From: an uncultured virus (IMG/VR IMGVR_UViG_3300030336_000001)
Taxonomy: Duplodnaviria; Heunggongvirae; Uroviricota; Caudoviricetes
Reading direction: 5' to 3' (one strand)
Length of the DNA stretch: 64,000 nucleotides
Virus record (IMG/VR): IMGVR_UViG_3300030336_000001
Both the position numbers and the translations under genes were made by a program. Below the pieces are notes generated by a model. The model saw only the letters and a list, made by a program, of their open reading frames with translations. It was not told the origin of the DNA and ran no database searches. This document shows positions 19,999-29,971 of the stretch, in pieces. How positions within the stretch are numbered: the stretch's first letter is position 1; every line of letters starts with the position of its first letter.

Positions 19999-20652
19999 AT
20001 GACAAAGGACAGAGAGATTGAGCGAGACTTCGATTCCGATGCACGGGCCATCGAGGAATTCCACGAGAGGCGTAAGCAGAAGACTGCTACCAAGGCCAAC
20101 CCCGTCATGATGCAAGTTGAACCGCCACCTATTCCTCTGGAAGAAGGGGAGAAACTGGCTGATCTGAAGGAAGAGACCAATACCAGGGAGTACATAGTTA
20201 GGCCAACACTGTCCCTAGTTCAAGACATCTACCATCAGGCTTCTGCACAGGAACCCGAGCAGGTGTCTGCCAGATATAGCAGGGTGTTGTCCGACAACGA
20301 GCAGATGTATCGTCGCAAGACTACGCTGACGGATGAATGGCGACTCCTGGACGTCGGCTGGGTCAACAACATTGGTTTGGTTGTAATCCACAACGACGAG
20401 GGTAGTAACTTCCGTAACCAGCCCTCGTCGCACGAGTTGATGCAGGTTGCTCAGAGGGTTATCGAAGTCTGTTTCATACCAAAGCAACCTCCTAACAGAG
20501 ACATGCACTCGCCTGCCAAGCCAAAGTTGTTAGCCCACATCATCGTCAGACCCGGTGAGTTGGTACACTTCGAGCCGGATGAGGGTGCTGAGGTTATGTG
20601 GAGGTGTAGATTCGGTAGCACCCGCTGCACCCTGTACGTAGTTCCTGCTTGA
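19999..20652 (+). CDS. Hypothetical protein in tail region
   Basis: SD AAGGAG; C-terminal half weakly resembles the preceding protein. Confidence 0.45.
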   Translation: MTKDREIERDFDSDARAIEEFHERRKQKTATKANPVMMQVEPPPIPLEEGEKLADLKEETNTREYIVRPTLSLVQDIYHQASAQEPEQVSARYSRVLSDNEQMYRRKTTLTDEWRLLDVGWVNNIGLVVIHNDEGSNFRNQPSSHELMQVAQRVIEVCFIPKQPPNRDMHSPAKPKLLAHIIVRPGELVHFEPDEGAEVMWRCRFGSTRCTLYVVPA

Positions 20653-20680
20653 TACTCTCCTCCAGAGAAAGTGGTGAGTC

Positions 20681-21544
20681 ATGGCCGAGAGATACTTGCT
20701 CAGCGCAGACGACCTGGACATACTGCGTCGCATCATCAACTCTGTTGACAAGACTCCTAAGAACAAGGTAGGGCACAAGTACCACAACCTGGACGACCCA
20801 CCTTCCCCTGACGTGTACATAGCCTACACCCCTGGCGGAATACAGGGTAGATCCGGTATCAACGCTGGTTACGGAGACTGTGACATCTACCGTATATCCT
20901 GGCAGGACAACATCCCTGTGCTGGTACAGGCTACTACTCTTCAGAGAGTGGTTAACGTAGGTACAGACGGTATTAACGCAGACTCATTCTTCTCGGTCAA
21001 GAGGGATAAGTACGGAACCTGGCTGGCCGACGCCTTCTCTTCTGATAGTGACGTTGGTACTGGTACGGGAACGGCTGTAGATCCTGGAGCTAGTGCTGCG
21101 TTCTCCGGGGCAAAGGTTAGCTGCCAGTCTGGGCAATCCATACCAAACGGTGGGTTCGGTTCGGAGACTGCCATAGTCTTTGACTTTGAGGCGTATGATC
21201 AAGGTGGTTACTGGAGCGCTGGTAACCCTACGAGATTCACAATACCAGAGTCTGGCTATTATCACGTAGGGGGTAGTGCTCTGTTTGACCCGAGCCAAAC
21301 GTACACGTTGCAACTACTTACCATATACAGGAACGGTATATTGGCTCATGACAACGAGTGGCAGAACCACCCCCATGCCACCGGTCAGGATGCTAATCGT
21401 AGCTCCATGTGGCTGGCCATAGACTTCTTCTTCACAGCCGGTCAGTATATAGAGTTACGGGTTGGTCAGACCAATTCTGGCAGTGCCAACAGGTTAGTCA
21501 GTGGTGGTGATGCACAGTTCTGGATTCACAAACTAGGTTCGTAG
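20681..21544 (+). CDS. Tail fibre/receptor-binding protein with C1q-like C-terminal domain
   Basis: IVFDFEAYDQGGYW...TRFTIPESGYYHV pattern of C1q/TNF-like heads. Confidence 0.6.
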   Translation: MAERYLLSADDLDILRRIINSVDKTPKNKVGHKYHNLDDPPSPDVYIAYTPGGIQGRSGINAGYGDCDIYRISWQDNIPVLVQATTLQRVVNVGTDGINADSFFSVKRDKYGTWLADAFSSDSDVGTGTGTAVDPGASAAFSGAKVSCQSGQSIPNGGFGSETAIVFDFEAYDQGGYWSAGNPTRFTIPESGYYHVGGSALFDPSQTYTLQLLTIYRNGILAHDNEWQNHPHATGQDANRSSMWLAIDFFFTAGQYIELRVGQTNSGSANRLVSGGDAQFWIHKLGS

Positions 21545-21573
21545 AGTGTTGACCTTTAGCCAGGGTTCGTATA

Positions 21574-21912
21574 TTGTACTACCCTAGTAGTTCCTCAAAC
21601 ATGGAGACAAACATGAAACACAGGCTCCGAGTCGTCTTCGATGAAGAGACTGGCGACTTGCAGGTGACACATTCCTGCACGGTTACGATGGGTGACCAGA
21701 AGGTTACCAAGTCTGAAGTCATCACCCTTGAGTCTCAGGACTCATTCCTGGATTCCCTGAAGGAGATCCTCAAGGCCAACCGAAAGACAATGGAAAGGAT
21801 GACTAAAGAGTCCGCTGTCGAGCACATGGCAGCGGTTCAAGGTGTGATGCGAAGGAATCGTAAACAGCAAGCCATTACTGGCAAGATGAGTCCAGTAGGA
21901 AAGGAAGAGTGA
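21574..21912 (+). CDS. Hypothetical protein (likely start 21613)
   Basis: ORF with GGAG SD; promoter-like TTGACC-N17-TATTGT at 21549-21577. Confidence 0.45.
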   Translation: MYYPSSSSNMETNMKHRLRVVFDEETGDLQVTHSCTVTMGDQKVTKSEVITLESQDSFLDSLKEILKANRKTMERMTKESAVEHMAAVQGVMRRNRKQQAITGKMSPVGKEE

Positions 21913-21915
21913 ATC

Positions 21916-22551
21916 GTGCTCGGATTTACAAGCCTTATCGACAGGGTTGTTGTGCGACAAGACAAGCAACCTATCCGTGAACCTTCTGCCTGGTGGAAGT
22001 TCTGCAACACCCTCAAGCTGATCCGGGATGGCTCCCTATTCATACCCTTACTGGCAAGGGTAGCCAGGAGACTTGGCCTGGCTGTTATATACTCCGAGTT
22101 GTACGGTCACGTCAGACACGCTGACGGCACCATCACCAACTACGGACTGCTGGGTAGGAATGTCATCACCGATGCTGGGGTAGCATTCCTGGCTGACGAC
22201 TTCGGTGCAGGTGGTAGTGAAATCTCCAATATGAAGTTCCACGGATATGGAACCGGCACTACCAACGAAGCTGCCAGTCAGACAGCACTGGTAACCGAGT
22301 TGACAACTGAGTATGCCAGTGACATCAGACCAACTGGAACTCAGTCGGATTCTACCAATACGTACACCACGGTTGGTACACTCACCCCTGACTCTGGTGG
22401 TACCCTGGCGATAACAGAACATGGTATCTTCAGTGCCAGTTCTGCTGGCACTCTGTGGGATCGAACCAAGTTCACCGCCATTAACCTGGACTCGACGGCA
22501 GGAGATTCGCTGGTAACAACCTACGTCGCTACCTTCCCGAGTGGTGGATAA
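21916..22551 (+). CDS. Putative virion structural protein (fibre/collar module)
   Basis: GYGTGTT and AITEHGIFSASSAGTLWDR motifs seen in phage fibre-associated proteins. Confidence 0.55.
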   Translation: MLGFTSLIDRVVVRQDKQPIREPSAWWKFCNTLKLIRDGSLFIPLLARVARRLGLAVIYSELYGHVRHADGTITNYGLLGRNVITDAGVAFLADDFGAGGSEISNMKFHGYGTGTTNEAASQTALVTELTTEYASDIRPTGTQSDSTNTYTTVGTLTPDSGGTLAITEHGIFSASSAGTLWDRTKFTAINLDSTAGDSLVTTYVATFPSGG

Positions 22552-23059
22552 CATGGCCCTCACATCAACTCAACTGACTGCTCTGAAGAATGCTATCAAC
22601 GCCGATGGAACACTGTCGGCGTTGCCTAACAACAGTGACGGCAACTCTAGCATTGCTGCTGCTTTCAATCTTCAAGCCGTACCAGACTGGACCATCTGGA
22701 AAAAACTAGTGCCAGTAGCAGACATTGGTAAGAAGATAAATGGAACTGAGTTGGCTGGGCTGACCTCGCTCAACCACACCCGACTCCAAACCATCATCAC
22801 CCTTACCACTGCTTCTGGTGGGCTGGATGCTAGCTTGGCAGATCAGAGACAGTTCTTCGACGACATCTTCAGTGGTGCCGGAGGAACCAATACCAGAGCA
22901 GCACTCCTTATCCTGTGGAAGAAACTATCTAGCCGTGCAGAGAAGCTGTTCAGTACTGGTACTGGCAGCAACGCTTCCCCGGCTACGACGGATAGTAACA
23001 TTGGTATGAACTTCACTCTAACCGTGGCAGACGTAGAACAGGCCCGTAACCTGCCGTGA
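22541..23059 (+). CDS. Putative virion protein
   Basis: ORF in structural operon. Confidence 0.45.
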   Translation: MVDNMALTSTQLTALKNAINADGTLSALPNNSDGNSSIAAAFNLQAVPDWTIWKKLVPVADIGKKINGTELAGLTSLNHTRLQTIITLTTASGGLDASLADQRQFFDDIFSGAGGTNTRAALLILWKKLSSRAEKLFSTGTGSNASPATTDSNIGMNFTLTVADVEQARNLP

Positions 23060-23074
23060 TATAAGGGGCAAAAA

Positions 23075-23590
23075 ATGGCAGCAGGTGATATCACCACCGT
23101 ATGGGGTTCTACAACTAGTAGCTCTGGTGGTCTAACTTCTCTCGGGTCGTCCAGCACGTTCATCGCAGGTTACGAGTGGTTCAAGGTGGATGTAGACGGC
23201 ATGACGCCTGCTCCTCTAGACGTTCGACACCAGGGAAAGATTCGTGTAGGTACTACTCCCACTATCAACACAGAGATAAGGATTTACCTAGTAGCCAGTG
23301 ATAACGATAGTACCTGGCCAGACGTATTCGACGGTGCTGCCAGTGCCGAGACAGTCACGAGTGCTGGTGTCAGGGATGGATTCGCCAAGCTAGTAGCTGT
23401 CTTACCTGTAGACAGCACTACGTCTGACAGGGACTATCCGTACAGCTTCAAGGCTTCTGATGCCTTCGGTGCCGCGCTGCCCAAGGCATATGTCCTGTTC
23501 GTGGCTCATAACACTGGTGTGAATCTTAACAGCACGGCTGGTAACCACACCTACGAGTATACTCCTGTCTACGCCAACGTGGCCGCGTAA
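23075..23590 (+). CDS. Putative virion protein
   Basis: Beta-rich ORF preceding the LamG fibre. Confidence 0.45.
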   Translation: MAAGDITTVWGSTTSSSGGLTSLGSSSTFIAGYEWFKVDVDGMTPAPLDVRHQGKIRVGTTPTINTEIRIYLVASDNDSTWPDVFDGAASAETVTSAGVRDGFAKLVAVLPVDSTTSDRDYPYSFKASDAFGAALPKAYVLFVAHNTGVNLNSTAGNHTYEYTPVYANVAA

Positions 23591-23602
23591 TGGAGAAGAA
23601 AC

Positions 23603-25702
23603 GTGCTGGGCCGCTACATTGATTTGGGAAACCCCGTTGCGAACCATCCTCTCAATTTGGGACTGGTCGCGTGGTATCTGCCCTTGCCCAACAACGCGGG
23701 GGGCGGCACCCTATTTGACCTCAAGGGTCGCAGCCACGGGACGCTCGTGAACGGCCCGACCTGGAGCGCGGGGGGCAGGCCGGGGGCACTGAGGCCATGT
23801 CTGTCCTTCGACGGCTCCGACGACTACGTTGGCATTACTCCTGCCACGTCCGCAGGCTGGCCCGACATCGGCGGGGCGAAGACGATCAGCATGTGGACGC
23901 AGTTCGATTCGACCCTTGCGAACAGTCGCATCCTGTTCTCACTCGTCCTGGACGACTCGGGTGGGGCGGGCAATTCGCTCGACCTTTACTTCTCCAACAG
24001 CTTCAGCGTCCGGGATATAAACTGTCGCCAGTGGGGCGGGCAACTCCGACTGACCGCCTACCCGGCCGACTACGGCGTCTCGGCGGAGTCATGGTTCCAC
24101 CTGACCTACACGAGCGGCTCAGGCTGGACGCCGCAGAAGTTCTACTTCAACGGTATCCCGGCCGCGTCCTTCTCCGAGGCAACCAGCACGCAAACGGGTG
24201 CGCCTGGGGTGTGCCGAATCGCGAGCTTCAATGCCGCCTTCCCGGACCCCTACCACAACCGCCCGGTCGACGACGTGCGGGTGTACAACCGGGCGCTGTC
24301 TGCCGCCGACGCCTACGCCCTCTACTGGCAGTCCTTGCGGGGGCACCCCGACACGATGAGGAAATGGTCCCATAGAGTATGGACGTTCGGCCAAAGAGGT
24401 GGTGGTGGAGGTACAACTACTCCACAAAGTAACAGCGGATCAACCACACCGTCTGGTACGTTACAGAAGACAGTCAACCGTTCTCTGGCGGGTAGTGTAA
24501 CTTCTAGTGGTACCAAGACGAACTCAGCCAGGAAACCATTAGCTGCCAGTCTAACTGCTACGGGAACCAAGGCTAACTCTGCCAGTAAGACTATCTCCGG
24601 TAGCTCGACTAGTAGTGCCGCCCTGACCAGATCGTTCGCCAGACCGGTTAGCGGTAGCCTCACAGCAACAGGAACCGAGACTCGCTCTACTTCTAAGTCA
24701 CTGGCTGGTAGTTCTACAGTAACAGGATCAACTAGCAACATCCGTGCTGCACTACAGACTCTTACTGGTAGCCTTACTGCTACTGGAGCAACTACTAGAT
24801 CAACAGCAAAACCACTTAGTGGTATTCTGACTCCCACCGGTACATCAGCCAAGAGTTCTTCCAAGTCTATGTCTGGTAGCTGCACGCCCACTGGTACTAC
24901 CAGTAGTATCCGTGCCGCGTTACAGACCCTAACTAGTAACCTAACTGCCACCGGGTCAGCCATAAGATCAGCTGCCAAAACACTGACTTCCAGTCTTACA
25001 ACTACGGGTATTGCTAGTAAGACAACGTCAAGATCATTAGCAGGCAGTACGACACCAACAGGTTCTCTTTCAATCAACAGAGCCCTGTTCCAAACACTAA
25101 TTTCTACCCTGGCGGCTATCGGAACGTCTGCACGCTCGGTATCCAAGACCCTGACTTGCTCTTCATCTATCTCCAGTGCAGTATCCAAGCTGATCAGTAA
25201 GCTGTTCAGCGGAGGCTCAGCCCCTAGTGGTAGCGCTAGTAGTACTATACCCTCTCCTCCAGAAGAGGCTTCTGATAGATACTTGACATCTTATGCGAGA
25301 GACGACAACTACCTAACCTCATACGTACAGGATGACAACTACGTAACGGGTATTATAGGGGACGGGTCAATGAGCTACAAGAAGAACTTTGAGTGCAACG
25401 TCGGTGAGAAGGTGACTATGGACTTCTTCGACACCGACAGCGAGAACCGCAGCGGTCAAACTCTGGTGTACCGACTACGATCTGTTGACTACGACGGTAC
25501 TATCCTGACTACCAAGACCGTGGGAGATGGTATTACCTTCCCATCCGCTACCCCTGCTGGTTCAACCGTCAGGGTACTTTTAGATAGTGAGGATACAGAA
25601 CTACCCAAGGGTAAGTACTACTACACACTGTCTAGACAGGATGACGAAGTTGTCCTCGCACATGGTGTGTTAACCGTGGGAAGACCAAGGGTGTTTGCAT
25701 GA
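23603..25702 (+). CDS. Fibre/adhesin: LamG/ConA-like lectin domain, Ser/Thr-rich ~18-aa repeats, BppU-like C-terminus
   Basis: FDGSDDYV, WFHLTYT and DDVRVYNRALS LamG motifs; repeated xxSLAGSxTxTG units. Confidence 0.75.
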   Translation: MLGRYIDLGNPVANHPLNLGLVAWYLPLPNNAGGGTLFDLKGRSHGTLVNGPTWSAGGRPGALRPCLSFDGSDDYVGITPATSAGWPDIGGAKTISMWTQFDSTLANSRILFSLVLDDSGGAGNSLDLYFSNSFSVRDINCRQWGGQLRLTAYPADYGVSAESWFHLTYTSGSGWTPQKFYFNGIPAASFSEATSTQTGAPGVCRIASFNAAFPDPYHNRPVDDVRVYNRALSAADAYALYWQSLRGHPDTMRKWSHRVWTFGQRGGGGGTTTPQSNSGSTTPSGTLQKTVNRSLAGSVTSSGTKTNSARKPLAASLTATGTKANSASKTISGSSTSSAALTRSFARPVSGSLTATGTETRSTSKSLAGSSTVTGSTSNIRAALQTLTGSLTATGATTRSTAKPLSGILTPTGTSAKSSSKSMSGSCTPTGTTSSIRAALQTLTSNLTATGSAIRSAAKTLTSSLTTTGIASKTTSRSLAGSTTPTGSLSINRALFQTLISTLAAIGTSARSVSKTLTCSSSISSAVSKLISKLFSGGSAPSGSASSTIPSPPEEASDRYLTSYARDDNYLTSYVQDDNYVTGIIGDGSMSYKKNFECNVGEKVTMDFFDTDSENRSGQTLVYRLRSVDYDGTILTTKTVGDGITFPSATPAGSTVRVLLDSEDTELPKGKYYYTLSRQDDEVVLAHGVLTVGRPRVFA

Positions 25703-25971
25703 TGGAACACAAGTGTTCCCACCTGGGTAAGTTCTCTGGAGAGTATGTAGACTGTACCACATGCAGGAGAGGGGTTAAATTAAAACTATATGACTGTGAG
25801 GTTTATGGCCAGTGTACGCTTACCAAAGGGGTTGACGGGTTCCCCTGTTGTGAGGGTAAGCTAACTATAAATGGGCACGCCGCATGCCCCAAGAGGGACA
25901 CCAATGGGCAAGATAAAGTGGGCTTACGGGTTGACAACGGTGCCGAGGCGGAGGAACACCCTGCTCCCTAA
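25699..25971 (+). CDS. Cys-rich small protein
   Basis: CTTC, C..YGQC and CC motifs; coupled to the fibre gene. Confidence 0.45.
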   Translation: MMEHKCSHLGKFSGEYVDCTTCRRGVKLKLYDCEVYGQCTLTKGVDGFPCCEGKLTINGHAACPKRDTNGQDKVGLRVDNGAEAEEHPAP

Positions 25972-26611
25972 GACTCTGTTTTCACTAAGGCAGGCGGGGT
26001 TTGAATCACCCATACTGTTCGTTGACGGTGACTATGACCCCCTGTCGTGGCGTGGCCAGTTCAACCTGGAGGTGTCGGTAAGAACCACTAACATCCGAAC
26101 ATTCGGCAACTGGATGTTGGGTATGTTAGAACTATACATCCGAGAACCAAACGCCGACAGGTACGCCATGTTCCAGGATGACTTCGTGACCTACAAGAAC
26201 CTCCGTCAATACCTGGAGTACTGTAAGTATCCTGATAATGGTTACTGGAACCTGTACACCTTCCCGCAGAACCAGGAACTAGCCCCGGCAAGGGAAGGGT
26301 GGTACGAGTCCAACCAGCGTGGCAGGGGCGCGGTAGCCCTGGTGTTCGACCGGAAGACCCTGCTACTGGTCCTGGGTTCTGACCACATGCTGAACAGACC
26401 ACAGAATGCTAGTCGAGGTTGGAAGGCGGTGGACGGCGGCATAGTAACTGCCATGACCAAGATTGGTTACAAGGAGTATGTTCATAATCCGAGTCTGGTT
26501 CAGCACACTGGTGAGATCAGTACCATGCTCAACCGGAAGCACCCACTGGCAGTATCGTTCCTCGGTGAAGACTTTGACGCCATGAACTTGAGGCAAGTAC
26601 CAGCGGAGTAG
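25871..26611 (+). CDS. Glycosyltransferase (GT-A fold; likely start 25904)
   Basis: MFQDD metal-binding motif and PSLVQHTG motif. Confidence 0.65.
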   Translation: MGTPHAPRGTPMGKIKWAYGLTTVPRRRNTLLPKTLFSLRQAGFESPILFVDGDYDPLSWRGQFNLEVSVRTTNIRTFGNWMLGMLELYIREPNADRYAMFQDDFVTYKNLRQYLEYCKYPDNGYWNLYTFPQNQELAPAREGWYESNQRGRGAVALVFDRKTLLLVLGSDHMLNRPQNASRGWKAVDGGIVTAMTKIGYKEYVHNPSLVQHTGEISTMLNRKHPLAVSFLGEDFDAMNLRQVPAE

Positions 26612-26614
26612 ACT

Positions 26615-27667
26615 ATGAGGAGTATATCTCAAGTTCTTGTCAACCTGGATAGTCCTAGCCTTAGTCCACTACCGACACCATCCTGCTCCCCCTTACCTTA
26701 CTCTAACCCTACCTGTGCCGCCCTGGCAGTGGAGAGCATGAGTAGCCACATGACGGATGAGGGTTGGCAGATCATGGTTGGTCTGGAACACCACGGCTTC
26801 AAGCTGTGCGGCTACAACCTGACTGTTGGCTTCACAGACGTAGATCAGATACTAGCCACTCTTTCTCCAGATGTCGTACTGGTGCAAGACAAGCGTGAGT
26901 GGGACTTGGCTGCCAAGGACTTCAGGGAACCTAGAGCCAGGTTCACCAACGTAGAATCTCTGAAGGACAGGCACGATATCTTCAAGCTGACCATACTAAA
27001 GGATGCACACCAGCGACCCGAGTATCACATGCAATCTGCTGAAGAGATGGGTGTGCACGCCTGGGTCACCTACTATCATTCAGACATTGTACACCACCTG
27101 GCCCCGTACACTCGCAAGGAGCACCTGATACGCACGTACCACTCCGTTAATGCTGACCGTGTACCACCCTACTCTCCAGAAGGTAGGTCGGGAACGTTGC
27201 TGTCCGGTGCAGTTAGCTCTGTGTACCCCATGCGACAGAACATGATCAGAGAGATACACAGACTACCGGCCACCATCGTGCTTAGGCATCCTGGTTATCA
27301 CAGGAAAGGGTGCATGACCTATGAATTCTTGCATGCTCTCAGTAAGTTCAAGGTCGCTATCTGTACATCTAGCATGTACGGCTACGCCCTACGTAAGATT
27401 ATCGAGGCTACGGCGTGCGGCTGCATAGTGGTAACCGACTTGCCTACCGACGAGGTGTTACCCGAGATAGATGATAACCTTATACGAGTGGCACCAACTA
27501 TCTCTGGAAGAGATATGGGCAAGCTACTGTCTCGCCTCTACGAGACTTACGACGCCGACAGGCAGTACTACTTTGCCCAGCAGTGTAAGTCTTTCTACGA
27601 CTACCGGAACACCTGCCGTATCCTTAAAGACCAGATACTTAACCTACGGAGAAACTACCCATGCTGA
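26615..27667 (+). CDS. Glycosyltransferase (GT-B, CgeB/YkvP-like)
   Basis: LSKFKVAICTSS...KIIEATACGCIVVTD nucleotide-sugar binding motif. Confidence 0.7.
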   Translation: MRSISQVLVNLDSPSLSPLPTPSCSPLPYSNPTCAALAVESMSSHMTDEGWQIMVGLEHHGFKLCGYNLTVGFTDVDQILATLSPDVVLVQDKREWDLAAKDFREPRARFTNVESLKDRHDIFKLTILKDAHQRPEYHMQSAEEMGVHAWVTYYHSDIVHHLAPYTRKEHLIRTYHSVNADRVPPYSPEGRSGTLLSGAVSSVYPMRQNMIREIHRLPATIVLRHPGYHRKGCMTYEFLHALSKFKVAICTSSMYGYALRKIIEATACGCIVVTDLPTDEVLPEIDDNLIRVAPTISGRDMGKLLSRLYETYDADRQYYFAQQCKSFYDYRNTCRILKDQILNLRRNYPC

Positions 27668-28260
27668 GGAAGTCCAACCTTACCACCAGGAATCAACTCC
27701 CACTATTGCTCAACGAGAAGGGTCTGCTAGGCACGGCAGTAGAGGTAGGCACCCACCAGGGGGATTACGCTTCCATCTTCCTGGAACGATGGGAGGGTAA
27801 CATGCTAGTATGCGTTGACCCCTGGCACATACCACCGGGCTACGAGCACCAGATGAAGTTCCTGTGGGGTGACAAGAACAGAGATAATGACTTCCAGACT
27901 TGCATGGACAGATTGTCTAGGTACGAGGGCCGGTACTGCATGATGCGTATGATATCTGTCAAAGCATCCGAGCACTTTGAGGACCACTCACTAGACTTCG
28001 TTTATCTGGATGGTGACCACCGATACAAGGAAGTACTCAAAGACCTGCGTGCGTGGTGGCCAAAGTTGAAAATGGGTGGTATACTTGCAGGCCATGACGT
28101 GATAATGCCTAACCAGAGTGCTGAGGATGACTGGCCAACAGGAGTACAAGGTGCTCTGGACGCATTCTTCGGGCTGACCACCCATCACTACGACATCAAC
28201 CTGATAGTAGAGGAAGATGGTCTGCCCTGGTCCTTCTACCTGGAGAAGACTCATGAATGA
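27661..28260 (+). CDS. Class I SAM methyltransferase (Methyltransf_24-like)
   Basis: VEVGTHQG, VDPW, DFVYLDGDHRY and GGILAGHD motifs. Confidence 0.85.
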   Translation: MLRKSNLTTRNQLPLLLNEKGLLGTAVEVGTHQGDYASIFLERWEGNMLVCVDPWHIPPGYEHQMKFLWGDKNRDNDFQTCMDRLSRYEGRYCMMRMISVKASEHFEDHSLDFVYLDGDHRYKEVLKDLRAWWPKLKMGGILAGHDVIMPNQSAEDDWPTGVQGALDAFFGLTTHHYDINLIVEEDGLPWSFYLEKTHE

Positions 28261-29245
28261 GACTGAGGCAATTGGTTTTATGGTAGCCCCAGGCACGAGA
28301 CGCCCCGGCAAGTACCGAGATGGTGTTATACAAATACACGTCACTAGAGCGTGTGACAAGTCCTGCTTCGGCTGCACGCAGGGTAGTCAGCTACGGGGTA
28401 AGCTGGAGTTCATTAGTCTGCATCACTTCGAGCAGGCTGTGATCTCCCTAAAAGGGTACTTCGGAGTGGTCGGTGTCTTCGGAGGTAACCCAGCCCTTCA
28501 CCCCCAGTTCATAGACCTGTGCAAGATACTCTGCGAGCACATACCATACGAACAGCGAGGACTGTGGTGTAACAATCCGGTCACCGTTGAGAAGGCTCGG
28601 TGCATGGCAAACACATTCAACCCTAACGTCAGCAACCTGAACGTGCACCTGGATCTGCAAGCCTACAAGATGTTCAAGAAGGGTTGGCCACAGTCTATCG
28701 TAGTCGGTCTGTACAAGGATTCCAGACATAGCCCGCCGTTCGTGGCTATCAAGGATGTCATCCAAGACGAAGAGAAGCGTTGGGAACTCATCTCAGACTG
28801 TGACATAAACAAGCACTGGTCCGCTATGATAGGCGTGTTTCGTGGTCAGCTGCGAGCATGGTTCTGTGAGGTTGCTGGTTCACAGAGCATACTACACCAA
28901 GACGAACCAGACTATCCTGACACTGGGATGCCAGTAGACCCCAGCCAAACTGGTGTCATAGTCTATGATGGCCAACTCTACGATTACTGGTGGCAGTTGC
29001 CAATGACTGCCTTTGCACACGAAGTCCGCAAGCACTGCCACGAATGCGGCGTACCCCTGCGAGGCTACGGTGAATTGGCACAGACGTCTGATGAGCATGC
29101 CACCGAGCAGACCAGTGCCACACATCAATCTGTGTTCCTACCCAAGCGAACTGGTAGGGCTGTCGAGTTGGTTACCGTCGAGTCTCAGTTAAGCAGGGGT
29201 CAGATACTGAAGATGACAGACTACTTAGGTAACGCAAGGCTATAG
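28217..29245 (+). CDS. Radical SAM protein (likely start 28253)
   Basis: CDKSCFGC (CxxxCxxC), GGNP motif and extra C-terminal Cys. Confidence 0.8.
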   Translation: MVCPGPSTWRRLMNETEAIGFMVAPGTRRPGKYRDGVIQIHVTRACDKSCFGCTQGSQLRGKLEFISLHHFEQAVISLKGYFGVVGVFGGNPALHPQFIDLCKILCEHIPYEQRGLWCNNPVTVEKARCMANTFNPNVSNLNVHLDLQAYKMFKKGWPQSIVVGLYKDSRHSPPFVAIKDVIQDEEKRWELISDCDINKHWSAMIGVFRGQLRAWFCEVAGSQSILHQDEPDYPDTGMPVDPSQTGVIVYDGQLYDYWWQLPMTAFAHEVRKHCHECGVPLRGYGELAQTSDEHATEQTSATHQSVFLPKRTGRAVELVTVESQLSRGQILKMTDYLGNARL

Positions 29246-29254
29246 GAGGCACAA

Positions 29255-29971
29255 ATGGATGATTCGTTCCCTAGTGGTATGGTGGACTGCATAAGGGAGT
29301 TCTTCAAGAAGGACCATAAACGCCCGGCAGGTCTAGACATCTACCATGACGTGTTCGACGCCCCCCTGTTCTTCCCGTTGCAAAGGAAGGCAGAGTTGAT
29401 CAAGATGATCCAAGTTGCCCGCTCGATAAAGCCGAAAGTCATCTACGACATCGGCAGCGACAAGGGGGGTGGTCTGTACCACTGGTGCAAGTGTCTACCC
29501 AGCATAACCAGAGTTATCTCATGTGAGGTTAGAGGCACCCCTTATGCTGAGGAGTTTGAGAAGAACTTCCCCTTCATCAACTTCAACTGGCTGCCAATGT
29601 CTAGTCTTGATGACACTGCTTTGAGTGTGGTCTTCCAGGTTACCAAGCAGCAGAAGATAGACATATGTTTCATCGACGGGGACAAGACTGCATTCACGGA
29701 AGACTTCTATAATATACTTCCGTACATGAGTAGCAAAGGCATTATCTTCATGCACGATATAACAGACAACCCGATGCCAGGCGACTCATTCCAGGAGATA
29801 CGTAGGCATGGTTACGTAACATCGGAGATAATAGACAGGTCAGACAGTCTGCTGGCTATCAATAGGGAAAAGGAAGGTATCCCTAGCAGTGGACCATACG
29901 AGAGTTGGTTGCGTCATTGGAAGGGTAAGAGTTGTGGGGTTGGGGTCATATACCTTTCTGGAGGAAACTAA
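29255..29971 (+). CDS. Class I SAM methyltransferase
   Basis: DIGSDKGG, DICFIDGD and GIIFMHD motifs. Confidence 0.75.
   Translation: MDDSFPSGMVDCIREFFKKDHKRPAGLDIYHDVFDAPLFFPLQRKAELIKMIQVARSIKPKVIYDIGSDKGGGLYHWCKCLPSITRVISCEVRGTPYAEEFEKNFPFINFNWLPMSSLDDTALSVVFQVTKQQKIDICFIDGDKTAFTEDFYNILPYMSSKGIIFMHDITDNPMPGDSFQEIRRHGYVTSEIIDRSDSLLAINREKEGIPSSGPYESWLRHWKGKSCGVGVIYLSGGN

Noticed and set aside
24322..25188. 288-aa minus-strand ORF and other long antisense ORFs (e.g. 14448-15302, 47569-48354, 53053-53916, 57433-58311)
   Set aside because: Shadows of well-supported genes on the opposite strand
20681..25702. Diversity-generating retroelement acting on fibre genes
   Set aside because: No reverse transcriptase and no TR/VR repeat pair seen
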